64,000 bases of DNA from Nitrososphaerota archaeon (GTDB lineage: Archaea; Thermoproteota; Nitrososphaeria_A; Caldarchaeales; Calditenuaceae), in assembly GCA_033581555.1 (NCBI GenBank), contig JAVQSZ010000006.1, positions 55,415 through 119,414 of the forward strand, read 5' to 3'. Below, in pieces: positions 27,947 through 37,207 of the stretch (position 1 is the first letter of the stretch; each line of letters begins with the position of its first letter). The notes under the pieces were generated by a model, which did no database searches, was not told the origin of the DNA, and saw only the letters and a program-made list of their open reading frames with translations. The translations under genes were made by a program, and so were the position numbers.

Positions 27947-30457
27947 TCAACCCTTCAGCTCGACGAGCCTCGAGAGCGCGGCCATCCTGTCGACGAGCCT
28001 CCTGTTCTCCTCCCTCACCTTCTCCAGCTCCTCCCTGAGGACCTTGTACTCGGTCCCGCGCTCGAGGGACTTCCTTACCCTCTCCGCGGCGTCCCTCGCG
28101 TCCCTCCTGACCATCTCGTACGGATCCGTCTCCGCAAGCCTGTTCAGTATCGGGAGGACCTTCGGTGTGACGAGCTCGGCGCAGGCCGCCACTACGGCCC
28201 TCCTCACCCTGTAGCTCTCGTCGGACGCGAGCTCCTCCAGTCTCCTGATCACCTCCCTCCTCCCCGGGAACCTGCCGAGGAGCGAAGCGGCCGCGGCCCT
28301 CACATGGCTGGGCTTGTCGCGCATCGTGTACTCCATCACCACCTCGAGGGCCCTCTCGCCCCCGATCTCCGCCATTCCCCTCAAGCACCCGATCGTGATC
28401 GCGTTGTTGTGGGAGGGGTCCTGGAGGTGCGCGGTCAGCTCGTCGATGTCAGACTCGTCCCCTGCCTTGCCCAACGACGTGGCCGCCGCCTGCCTCGTGT
28501 AGTAGCCCTCGTTCGCGTCCCTCAGCACCGACCTCAGGCCCTCCGCGACGTCCCTGCCCCTGAAGTTCGCGAGGGCCTCACAAACCGCTGTCCGCACCTT
28601 CGGCCTCCTGATCGTCCTCAGCGCCGAGAGCAGCCGCTCCTTCGCCATCTCGCTCCTCGTCGCGCCCAAGGCCTTCGCTGCCTCGGCCGCGAGACCCCAG
28701 AAGGCCTCGCCGTCGGTGAGGACCTGGTAGAGGGCCTCGATCGACTTCGCGCTCCCTATCTTCCCAAGCGCCCTCGCCGCGAGTAGCCTGCAGTAGGCGT
28801 GCTCGTCGTACCTGAGGATCCTGATCCAGACCTCGTCGCCGAGCTTCCTCTCGAGGACCGCGAAGGACTCGAGGTGCGGGTCGACGCAGACCCATTCGGG
28901 CCTCTCAGGGACCGGAAGGGCCACGACCTCCTCCCTCGACCTGAGCTCCACGCTGAACTCCCTGTACCCTCCCTTCAGCCTCACGAGGAGCCTCAGTGGG
29001 ATCCAGTACTCCTGGAGGGAGTCTTCGCCCTGCGTCTGCTTGAACTTGAGCTTCAGCGTCCCTGTCTGCTGGTCGTACTCCTCCTCGACCGAGAGGACCG
29101 GGTGCCCGGCGTTGTAGACGTATTGCTCGAAGAAGAGCTCGAGGTTCCTCCCGGAGACCTCCTCCACGACCTTCCTGAAGTCCTCGGTATCAACAGCCCT
29201 GTACGCGTACCTCCTCAGGAACTCCCCGAGCGCCCTCCTGAACGCCTCGTCGCCCATCAGCCCCCTGAGCGCGTTGAGGACGAGGGCCCCCTTGGGATAG
29301 GAGTGGCCGTCGAAGAGCTCTGTCGGATACCTGTAGACCCTCGAGACGATCGGCCTCGCGTACTTGTCCCTGTACTCCTGGAGGTACGCGTCCATGTCCC
29401 TGAGGACCTCGTAGACGAACTCGTCCCTGCCCTTGTCGTGGAGGACGAAGAGGTTCTCGAGGTACGTGGCGAAGCTCTCGTTCAGCCAGATGTGGGGCCA
29501 GTCCCTGCAGGTCACGAGGTCCCCGAACCACTGGTGGACGAGCTCGTGGGCCACGAGGGGGTCGCTGGAGAACTCCTCGTGGGCCTTCTCGTCGTGGAGG
29601 GTCAGGTCGGTGAGCGTCGTGGCCGTGGTGTTCTCCATCCCTCCGAAGATGAACTCGCTGACCACCACCTGCGCGTACTTCCTGTACGGGTACGGGTAGC
29701 CGAGGTACTCGCTGAGGAAGTCGATGATCTTCGCGGTCTTCCCGAAGGAGAGGTGCGCCCTCTCCCTCCACCCCCTGGGGACGAAGTACTGAAGCCTGAC
29801 GCCCCTGTGCTCTTCCTCGATGACCTCGAAGTGGCCTGCGGCGACGCTGATGAGGTACGCGGAGTGGGGAACGTCCATCCTGTAGTGCCAGACCTCCTCG
29901 CCGTCGAGGACCTCGTGTCTCACCAGGTCGCCGTTGGAGACCGCGACCATCCCCCTCGGGACCCGGACGATCAGCTCGGAGGTCTGCTTCACCGATGGGT
30001 GGTCGTAGAGGACCATCCAGTACCTGTTATAATCTGTCTCGCCCTGGCTCCAGCAGTGGGGGAGCCTGTCGGGGTTAGCCTGGTCCGGGCCGACGAAGTG
30101 AAAGCCCTTCCTCGGGACCGCGACGTAGCTCACCCTGATCTTCGCCTCCCTTCCCGGCACCTCGACCGCGAGCGCGTTGCCGTCGTAGTGCCAGGGGGCC
30201 TCCGCCCCGTCGACCGTGACGCTCCTGATCTCGAGCTCGCACGCGTCGAGGACGACCGCGCCAGACCTCTCGCCGTTCCTCACGACCTCGATCTCCTCTT
30301 CGCCGAAGAGCCTCCTTCCCTCGAAGTCGATCCGGAGCTCGAGCCTGATGTGCCTAACAGTGTAGCCGCGGTTCGGCGGGTAGACCGAGCTGTACTCCGG
30401 GTAGGCGAAGTCCCTTCCGGGCTTCGCGTAGGGATACGTCCTCATCCCAGCGACCAC
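27947..30457 (-). CDS. pepN: M1 family aminopeptidase N with C-terminal HEAT repeats and coiled coil
   Basis: GGMEN, HELVHQWFGDLVT..WLNESFA (HExxH-x18-E), YPKGA; HEAT-like repeats. Confidence 0.93.
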   Translation of the reverse strand: MVAGMRTYPYAKPGRDFAYPEYSSVYPPNRGYTVRHIRLELRIDFEGRRLFGEEEIEVVRNGERSGAVVLDACELEIRSVTVDGAEAPWHYDGNALAVEVPGREAKIRVSYVAVPRKGFHFVGPDQANPDRLPHCWSQGETDYNRYWMVLYDHPSVKQTSELIVRVPRGMVAVSNGDLVRHEVLDGEEVWHYRMDVPHSAYLISVAAGHFEVIEEEHRGVRLQYFVPRGWRERAHLSFGKTAKIIDFLSEYLGYPYPYRKYAQVVVSEFIFGGMENTTATTLTDLTLHDEKAHEEFSSDPLVAHELVHQWFGDLVTCRDWPHIWLNESFATYLENLFVLHDKGRDEFVYEVLRDMDAYLQEYRDKYARPIVSRVYRYPTELFDGHSYPKGALVLNALRGLMGDEAFRRALGEFLRRYAYRAVDTEDFRKVVEEVSGRNLELFFEQYVYNAGHPVLSVEEEYDQQTGTLKLKFKQTQGEDSLQEYWIPLRLLVRLKGGYREFSVELRSREEVVALPVPERPEWVCVDPHLESFAVLERKLGDEVWIRILRYDEHAYCRLLAARALGKIGSAKSIEALYQVLTDGEAFWGLAAEAAKALGATRSEMAKERLLSALRTIRRPKVRTAVCEALANFRGRDVAEGLRSVLRDANEGYYTRQAAATSLGKAGDESDIDELTAHLQDPSHNNAITIGCLRGMAEIGGERALEVVMEYTMRDKPSHVRAAAASLLGRFPGRREVIRRLEELASDESYRVRRAVVAACAELVTPKVLPILNRLAETDPYEMVRRDARDAAERVRKSLERGTEYKVLREELEKVREENRRLVDRMAALSRLVELKG

Positions 30458-30509
30458 TAAAGGCTCCCACTTAAGCCTGCTACGGCTGCTAACTTATCTC
30501 GGAGGGGCG

Positions 30510-31202
30510 GTGACTCCGGGTGGGTTGCGGGTAGTCGCACTCTTCACGGGAGGCAAGGACTCGACGCTGGCCCTCGAGAAGGCGCTGGCCGCGGGACACG
30601 AGGTCGTCGAGCTGATCACGGTGTTGCCCGAGCCCCACTCCTACGCCTTCCACGACGTCTGCTTAGAGGTCACGCCGCTCCAGGCCCGCTCGATGGGCCT
30701 GCCGCAGAAGTTCGTCAAGGTCCCTCCGGGCAAAGAGAGGGAGGTTGAGGCCCTCGGGGAGTTCCTCGCGAGCGAGGCAGGGGCCTCGGGGATCGAGGGG
30801 GTGGTGACTGGGGTGATCAGGAGCGCCTACCAGAAGTCGAGGATGGACGCGATGCTGGCGGAGATCGGGCTGAAGCACCTCGCCCCGAACTGGGGGATGC
30901 CCCCGGGCTCGGTCGTCGGCGAGGCGGTGATGAGGGGCTACGAGGTCGTCGTCTCCTCGGTCTCCGCGCACGGCTTGGACAGGAGCTGGATAGGGAGGAG
31001 GATCGACGGGGAGGCGCTGAGGGAGCTCCTGGCCAGGTCGGAGAAGTTCGGGTTCGACCCCGACGGAGAGGGTGGCGAGTACGAGACGCTGGTCCTGTGG
31101 GCGCCGCCCTTTAGGGAGAGGTTGAAGCTCCTGGAGTGGGCGAGCGCCTGGGACGGTTACTCTGGGAGGCTCCTGGTGGGACGGGCCGAGCTGGACCCAT
31201 GA
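30510..31202 (+). CDS. Diphthine-ammonia ligase (Dph6 family)
   Basis: LFTGGKDS PP-loop, SAYQKSR, GEGGEYETLV. Confidence 0.9.
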   Translation: MTPGGLRVVALFTGGKDSTLALEKALAAGHEVVELITVLPEPHSYAFHDVCLEVTPLQARSMGLPQKFVKVPPGKEREVEALGEFLASEAGASGIEGVVTGVIRSAYQKSRMDAMLAEIGLKHLAPNWGMPPGSVVGEAVMRGYEVVVSSVSAHGLDRSWIGRRIDGEALRELLARSEKFGFDPDGEGGEYETLVLWAPPFRERLKLLEWASAWDGYSGRLLVGRAELDP

Positions 31203-31209
31203 GACGGCC

Positions 31210-31719
31210 TCAGCCCGCAGCTACGCCCGAAGAGACGAGCACGCTGAGGATCCTGTAGGTGAGGCCCCAGATCAGAACGTCCTCATCCACCATCGCCTCC
31301 ACCTCCCTCTCGCCGAACGAGGTGAGGACCTTGACCCTCGTCCTACTCATCGAGGACGGCCTGACCCACCTGAAGTCGGCTAACTCCTCGTTCAACCTGA
31401 CCTGCGGCCTGAAGTCGGCCCTCAGCGCGACGACGTGGACCCTGAGCTCGGGCCTGTTCATGGGCGACACCGGCCCGAACCACCCGATCGGCTCCAGCAG
31501 CTCGATGTCGATGCCGGTCTCCTCGAGCACCTCCCTCCTCGCGGTCATCCAGAGGTCGGAGTCCCCCCACGTCCACCTCCCTCCTGGCAGGGCCCACTGG
31601 CCGGACCATGGGTCGCCGGCCCTTGGAGCCCTCTTCACGACCAGCACGCTGCCCTCGGGGTCGAAGATCGCTCCGACCGCGGCCGTGCCCTCCCCGCCCT
31701 CGGGAGCCGCGGGCCTCAA
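31210..31719 (-). CDS. Nudix hydrolase (CoA pyrophosphatase-like)
   Basis: DPWSGQWALPGG..TARREVLEETGI, IWGLTYRIL; TTG start overlaps the upstream stop. Confidence 0.85.
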   Translation of the reverse strand: MRPAAPEGGEGTAAVGAIFDPEGSVLVVKRAPRAGDPWSGQWALPGGRWTWGDSDLWMTARREVLEETGIDIELLEPIGWFGPVSPMNRPELRVHVVALRADFRPQVRLNEELADFRWVRPSSMSRTRVKVLTSFGEREVEAMVDEDVLIWGLTYRILSVLVSSGVAAG

Positions 31720-32879
31720 TACCTCTCCGCCAAGTCCACCAGCCAGTCGTACCGGGCCTCGAGCTCCTTGCTGATCGTGAGCTGCCTCTCGATCCTGTGG
31801 AGCGCGGCCCTCGCGGCCAGCGTCAGCGTCCATCCCTCCCCCACCGCGACGATCCTGTACCTGTCCGTGTTGAGCCTTGCCCTACAGTGGATCAGGTGGA
31901 CGTCGCCGTGCTTCTCCCTATGCTCCTTGAAGTGAAGGGTTATCGTCCCGACGCCGATCGTGCTCCCGTACCTCTTCACGAACGACCTCACCGACTCGAG
32001 GACGCTCGACTTCTCCTGCTCGCCGGGAGCGTTCGCCAGCTTGAACGTCACCTGGACGTTGACGCCGGTCTCCTCCTCGTCGCCCATCGAGGCCAGGGGC
32101 TCCAGCGCGTCGGTCCTCGTCAGTATCCCCACGACCCTCTGGCCCTCAGTCACGACTACACACGAGACGTCGTAGTGCCGCATCTTCTCGACGGCCGCGA
32201 TGAGCTCGTCGTTGGGGGAGCAGGTGATCACGGGGCTGTTCATGACGTCCCGCACCCTCGTCCCCAGCGTCGGCACCTTCTCGCCGAGGACCTCGCCGAC
32301 GGTCGACCTGTACCTGGGCCCTAGGACCCTCACGATCAGGTCGTGGAGCGTGACTATCCCCACGAGCCTTCCGTCCTGGACGACGGGGAGCCTGGAGATG
32401 CCCTCGTCCCGCATCAGGGCCACGGCCCTTCCGACGCTCTCGTCGGCCCCCACCGTTATCGGGTCCTCGGTCATCACTTGCCTGACCTTGTAACCCCTCA
32501 ACAGCTCCCTGCAGGCCTCGAGGAGGTCGAAGACCCCGACGACTCCTACGGGCTTGGAGCCGTCCTCCACCACCGGAAGGGCCTTGATGTTGTTCTCCAT
32601 CATCAGCTTGGCTGCCTTGGCGACGCTGTCCTCCGGCCTCAGCCTCGGCACCGGGATCGCGAAGGTCCTGGTCTTGACCTGCTGGAGGTTGAGCTTCGGC
32701 CTGAGGAGGACCCTCTCGGTGAGGAGCCCGACCAGCTGGTCGCCCGAGAGCACCAGGACCACGTCGACGTCCTTCTCCGCGAAGACGCTCGCGACCTTGA
32801 TCAGGGGCTCGTCGGCCTGGACAGCCTCGAACTGCCTGCTCATCACCTCGCTTACTTTAGGGAGCTCCTGTTGACCCAA
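31716..32879 (-). CDS. Four-CBS-domain protein with C-terminal HPF/RaiA-like domain (candidate ribosome hibernation factor)
   Basis: Four CBS repeats (ALPVV, SRLPVV..VGIVT, VVGILTRTD); C-terminal beta-alpha-beta-beta-beta-alpha pattern ending GEGWTLTLAARAALHRIERQL. Confidence 0.75.
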   Translation of the reverse strand: MGQQELPKVSEVMSRQFEAVQADEPLIKVASVFAEKDVDVVLVLSGDQLVGLLTERVLLRPKLNLQQVKTRTFAIPVPRLRPEDSVAKAAKLMMENNIKALPVVEDGSKPVGVVGVFDLLEACRELLRGYKVRQVMTEDPITVGADESVGRAVALMRDEGISRLPVVQDGRLVGIVTLHDLIVRVLGPRYRSTVGEVLGEKVPTLGTRVRDVMNSPVITCSPNDELIAAVEKMRHYDVSCVVVTEGQRVVGILTRTDALEPLASMGDEEETGVNVQVTFKLANAPGEQEKSSVLESVRSFVKRYGSTIGVGTITLHFKEHREKHGDVHLIHCRARLNTDRYRIVAVGEGWTLTLAARAALHRIERQLTISKELEARYDWLVDLAERY

Positions 32880-33010
32880 ACCCGAGACTCCGGCACTTCG
32901 GCTCCTAAAGACCCTTGAGGCGCCGAAGACGGACAGTTCGGCCCCGCTGGACGGCCGGTCTTCGCGCCGATCGGCCTCGAACACTTAAATGAACCGGGAC
33001 GGAACTGCGC

Positions 33011-33460
33011 GTGGGTTTGTCGTCGGAGCAGCGCAGGTTCGTCTTCGGGTCCAGGGAGTGGTTCGAGCGCTTCGTCGAGGCCTTGAACGGGGACCCCGAG
33101 TACAACGCCGCCGCGAAGGACTGGGAGGACCCCATAACCCTCCTGATGACGAACCTTCCGCCTGCTGTAAGGGAGTACTTCGGGACCGAGCAGATAGGAG
33201 CGTGGCTGGACCTCTACCACGGGAAGTGCAGGGGGTTCGAGATCGTCAGGACCGCGGACGAGAAGCCCGCGCCGATCGTGATCGTCGGGAGCTACGAGAA
33301 CATGAAGAAGGTTGCCCAGGGGAAGCTCAGCCCGACCCTGGCGGTGATGACCGGTCAGCTAAGGGTCAAGGGGAACGTCGCCAAGCTCCTCGCGAACGCG
33401 GCCGCAGCCGCGGCCTTCGTCAACGCGATCAAGAGGGTCCCGACGGAGTTCCTGGCGTGA
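33011..33460 (+). CDS. SCP2 sterol/lipid-binding domain protein
   Basis: FGSREW..LNGDPEY..AKDWE, LDLYHGKC, AVMTGQLRVKGN. Confidence 0.85.
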   Translation: MGLSSEQRRFVFGSREWFERFVEALNGDPEYNAAAKDWEDPITLLMTNLPPAVREYFGTEQIGAWLDLYHGKCRGFEIVRTADEKPAPIVIVGSYENMKKVAQGKLSPTLAVMTGQLRVKGNVAKLLANAAAAAAFVNAIKRVPTEFLA

Positions 33461-33470
33461 GGGGTCCGGA

Positions 33471-34511
33471 GTGAAGGCCGCGAGGTGGTACGGTCCTGGC
33501 GACGTCAGGGTCGAGGAGGTAGAGAGGCCGAGGCTCCGAAGCGAGACCGATGCCCTGGTGAGTCCCACCTCCGCGTGCATCTGCGGCACAGACCTCCACC
33601 TCTACAGAGGAGAGCTGACCTCGATACCGGGAAGCGTGATGGGCCACGAGTTCATGGGGGTGGTCGAGGAGGTCGGGCCCGCGGTCAGGAGGTTCAGGCC
33701 CGGCGACCGCGTGATCTCCTCCTGCTGGATCGCCGACGGCACCTGCTGGTTCTGCAGGCGCGGGTACTACACGCAGTGCGTGAACGTCAACATCTACGGC
33801 ATGGGCCCGGTCTACGGCGAGACCCTCGACGGCGCCTTCGCGGAGCTCGTGAGGGTGCCATACGCCGACACGGTCCTTCTGCGGGCCCCGGAGGGCGTAC
33901 CCGACGAGAAGCTGGTCACGGTGGGGGACAGCCTCGCGACTGGCTACGAGGCGATCGTCGGAGGGGGGATGAGGCCGGGCGACTTCGTGGTCGTGATAGG
34001 CTGCGGCGCGGTGGGGCTCTACTCCGGGATCTTCGCGCGGCTGCTCGGAGCCTCGGACGTCATAATGGTCGACGTGGTCCCTGAGAGGCTCTCGGTGGCG
34101 GAAGGCCTTGGGCTCTCGACGCTCAACGCCGCCGAGGTCGACGTCGGGGAGGAAGTGAGGAGGATGACGGACGGCGTGGGAGCGGACTTCGTCGTGGAGG
34201 CAGTAGGAAGGACCGTCGAGCCGCTGATGACCGCGATCGAGGCCGCGAGGCGGAAGGGAACGGTCTCCGTCGTGGGGTACCACCTCCACGAGTACTCCAT
34301 TCCGTCGGGGATGCTCTGGCTCACGGAGAAGAGGCTTGTCTTCTCGATAGGGGACGCGATAAGGAACGGCGAGACGCTCCTCGCGTACATCGCTCGCAAC
34401 AGGATGGACCCGAGCGTCGTGATCACCCACCGCGTGACCCTCGACGAGGTCCCGAAGGGGTTCGAGCTCTTCGCGGCGAGGAAGGCGCTTAAGGTGTTGG
34501 TCCGGGTCTGA
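33471..34511 (+). CDS. Zinc-dependent alcohol dehydrogenase (formaldehyde dehydrogenase-like)
   Basis: ICGTDLH, GHEFMG, CWFCRRG..QC, GCGAVG. Confidence 0.9.
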   Translation: MKAARWYGPGDVRVEEVERPRLRSETDALVSPTSACICGTDLHLYRGELTSIPGSVMGHEFMGVVEEVGPAVRRFRPGDRVISSCWIADGTCWFCRRGYYTQCVNVNIYGMGPVYGETLDGAFAELVRVPYADTVLLRAPEGVPDEKLVTVGDSLATGYEAIVGGGMRPGDFVVVIGCGAVGLYSGIFARLLGASDVIMVDVVPERLSVAEGLGLSTLNAAEVDVGEEVRRMTDGVGADFVVEAVGRTVEPLMTAIEAARRKGTVSVVGYHLHEYSIPSGMLWLTEKRLVFSIGDAIRNGETLLAYIARNRMDPSVVITHRVTLDEVPKGFELFAARKALKVLVRV

Positions 34512-34514
34512 GGG

Positions 34515-35608
34515 CTAGAGGCCCACCGCCTTACCGATCAGTGGGTCCGAGAGGAAGTACGAGTCCTCTACCTTCTCGACGATGCTCAGCTTCTCGAGGG
34601 AGCGGAGCAGTCTGGTGAGCTGGGCATTGGACACGTAGACTCCGGACCAGGCCTCGACGGTCCGCTTGATCTCGACCCACCTGTGGTTGCCCGCGCCGAT
34701 GGCCTGTAGAATCAGCCTGTAGTACTTCGACCTCTGGAAGACCTTAGCTAGCTCCGCCTCTATCACCCTCTTGGCCTCGTTCACGACCCTCTCGAGGACG
34801 TCCCCGTCCAAGCGCCCCGCCGATACCGCCGCGTGTCCGAAGTAGGTGAGCCATCCCACCACGCCGTCGAACGAGTCCACCGCCCTCTCCAGGACCTCGG
34901 GAGAAGGATCGATGCCTTGCTCCCTGAACCCGCGCCTTAGGAACTCGAGCGAGGTCTCCCTGTCGAACTTCCGCAACGCTATCTCCTCCCTGTATCGGCC
35001 GTGGAGGGGGCTTCTGCGGTCCTCGGAGCCAACGAAGTCCATCAACAGCCCAACCTCTGAACCCGTCAGGACGAACTTAATGCGCTCGAGGTTGTCGTAC
35101 GCGTACGCCAGCAGCTTCCTGAAGTCCATTCCGCCCTTTCCCCTCTTCATGGCCCGGAGGAGCTGGGCCTCGTCGAAGGCGATCACCATCTCTTCTCCCT
35201 CTTCTTCCAGCCACCTGTTGATCTCCCGAAGCAGCGATGAGATCAAGGCGCCGCCCCTATGCCAGTCGAGCTCGACCCGGACCCCGACCACCTCGACTCC
35301 CTTGACCCTCTTGAGGTAGTCCGGGAGCTTCTTGTGCGCAGGCAGAACCCCGGTCAGTTCCTCCGAGAGCAACCTGTATAAGGTCGCCCGAGACGGGCTC
35401 TCTTCCAGCGACCTCAGGTCGAGGTAGAGGTGTGGGTGACCCCATTCCTCAGCGCGACCCTGAGTAGTGACGTCTTCCCGACCCTTCTCACCCCCAGCAG
35501 GAGGATCAGCGGGACGTCCGATCGGAGTGCACCCAATAGCCACTCGAGCTCCCTCTCCCTGCCGAAGAGGTCCTTTCTATCGGTCTTGGGCCGCACGTCG
35601 AAGAGCAA
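34515..35608 (-). pseudogene. Archaeal P-loop ATPase with C-terminal wHTH, split by a 1-nt frameshift near 35450
   Basis: MLFDVRPK..DLFGRERE..GVRRVGKTSLL lies in one frame; EEWGHPHLYLDLR..IAFDEAQ..VLTGSEVGLL..DPLI lies in another. Confidence 0.8.
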
Positions 35609-35646
35609 GTATCACCACTGATACCTAGGTATCACCACTGATACTT
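35607..35646. repeat. Double palindrome AA-GTATCACCACTGATAC-CTAG-GTATCACCACTGATAC-TT at the ATPase start (candidate operator)
   Basis: Two identical 16-bp units (35609-35624, 35629-35644), each GTATCA-N4-TGATAC. Confidence 0.9.
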
Positions 35647-35851
35647 AACTGGGACCCAAGAAATCCGGCTCTCTGAGCCTTCCTGGAGCCCTTCGCAAGG
35701 GATACGGAGGCAACGGGGTAAGCCGGGCCTCAAGCGCCTCGGACGCCTCGGAGACGCGAAGCATCTGGCCGAAACGGCCGACGGGATGAGCATCGGCCAC
35801 CGCGTCAGGCGCGGGAGCCCTTAATTACGGCCGACGGGATCAGAGCGCGGG

Positions 35852-36247
35852 ATGAGCGAGGCTGAGGACCGGGAGGTCGAGGAGAGGATCCAGATCGACT
35901 ACATCGAGACCCCGCACGGCAGCGTTCCAACGTTGAGGGGCGTCCTGAGGGCCTTCAAGGAGCACGACGAGTACTTCGGCGAGGTGGAGAGGTACCTCGA
36001 CGAACACGAGCAGAGGCTCGGTAGCGTCGAGGGCCGCGTCGGGAGGCTGGAGTCAGTAGTCTCGTCGCTCGCGCAGAGGCCCGCCTCCATAGACGAGGAC
36101 TTCAGGTCGGCCGTCCTCCAGGAGATCCGCGCGCTCCAGGAGAGGGTGAGAAAGCTCGAGGAGGCGCTGGTCGAGATGGGCGAGCAGCTGGACCTACTGG
36201 CCTATGCGGTGGACCTGCTTGAGAAGATCGCGAGGAGGGTCGGCTAG
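35852..36247 (+). CDS. Uncharacterised acidic coiled-coil protein
   Basis: Host-like codon usage, TTAATTA upstream, heptad pattern. Confidence 0.7.
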   Translation: MSEAEDREVEERIQIDYIETPHGSVPTLRGVLRAFKEHDEYFGEVERYLDEHEQRLGSVEGRVGRLESVVSSLAQRPASIDEDFRSAVLQEIRALQERVRKLEEALVEMGEQLDLLAYAVDLLEKIARRVG

Positions 36248-37164
36248 CGCCTTTCCCCCATCGGGTCCTCCTCAGCGCTGGACTCGTCGACCTCCAGGTA
36301 GTACTTCCTGTTGGCCTCGAGCCTCTTGATCTCCCACTCGAGGGCCTCCTTTCTGGCCTCGAGCCTCTTGATCTCCTCCACGAGCCTCGTGAACTGCTCG
36401 TTGTAGGACATGAGGACGGAACGCTCCACCTCGAGCCTCGCGAGCTCCTCCCTCTTGGACTCCTCTAACCTCGAGAGCCTCATGAGCCTAGCCTCCCTGA
36501 CCCTGAAGCGCCTGTCGAGGTCGGAGAAGGCCCTCTCGATCCTCGAGGAGGCCTCCTCGAGCGCCTTCAGGTGCCTCTCCTCCAGCTCCCTGACCTGTCT
36601 CTCCAGCTCCGACTTCTTGGCCTCGAGCTCCGTGATTCGGGCCACGTAGTCGCCTATCCTCCGCTCGCGCTCCTCGAGCTCCTGCTTGGCCCTGAAAGTG
36701 GCCTCCCTGAGGGCCGTGAGCCTCGCGAGCTCCGCCTTCAGCGCCTCCCTCTCCTCCTCGAGGAGCTTCTTGGCACGCTCGAGCTCGTCGGCGCTGCTCA
36801 GCTGCATCTTCAGGTACTCCTCCATCCTGTCCTGGTACTCCTGGACCTTCTTCACAAGGAGGAGGTTGTTCCTCAGCTCGTCGACGACCTTCTCGAGGTT
36901 CAGGACGATGACGCCCGCCTCGAGCCTGAAGAGCTGGTTCAGGTCCTCCTTCATCGAGCGGAGCTCCTCCACCGCGGTCCTCGTCAGCCTCTCCTGGAGC
37001 GCTACCAGCTGGTTCTCGTCCCTCCTGAGGGCTGCCTCCAGCTGCTCCTTAACGCTTAAGAGATCGGAGCTCACCCCGTCGAGCCGGTTGAGGAGCTCTT
37101 GGATCATCGCCCTGAGCTCCACTAGCTCTTCAGGAGCCTTCTTCCCTCCCCCTAATGGGCTCAA
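36244..37164 (-). CDS. Uncharacterised long coiled-coil protein
   Basis: E/R/L/K-rich heptads over about 300 aa; TTG start after GAGGT. Confidence 0.75.
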   Translation of the reverse strand: MSPLGGGKKAPEELVELRAMIQELLNRLDGVSSDLLSVKEQLEAALRRDENQLVALQERLTRTAVEELRSMKEDLNQLFRLEAGVIVLNLEKVVDELRNNLLLVKKVQEYQDRMEEYLKMQLSSADELERAKKLLEEEREALKAELARLTALREATFRAKQELEERERRIGDYVARITELEAKKSELERQVRELEERHLKALEEASSRIERAFSDLDRRFRVREARLMRLSRLEESKREELARLEVERSVLMSYNEQFTRLVEEIKRLEARKEALEWEIKRLEANRKYYLEVDESSAEEDPMGERR

Positions 37165-37207
37165 CCTATACCTCTGCAAAACCGATCGGTAAAAAAGTTT
37201 GTGCTCC

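Noticed and set aside
35609-35644. Doubled 16-mer as a mini-CRISPR
   Set aside because: Units are too short, the spacer is only 4 bp and no cas genes are present; an operator fits better
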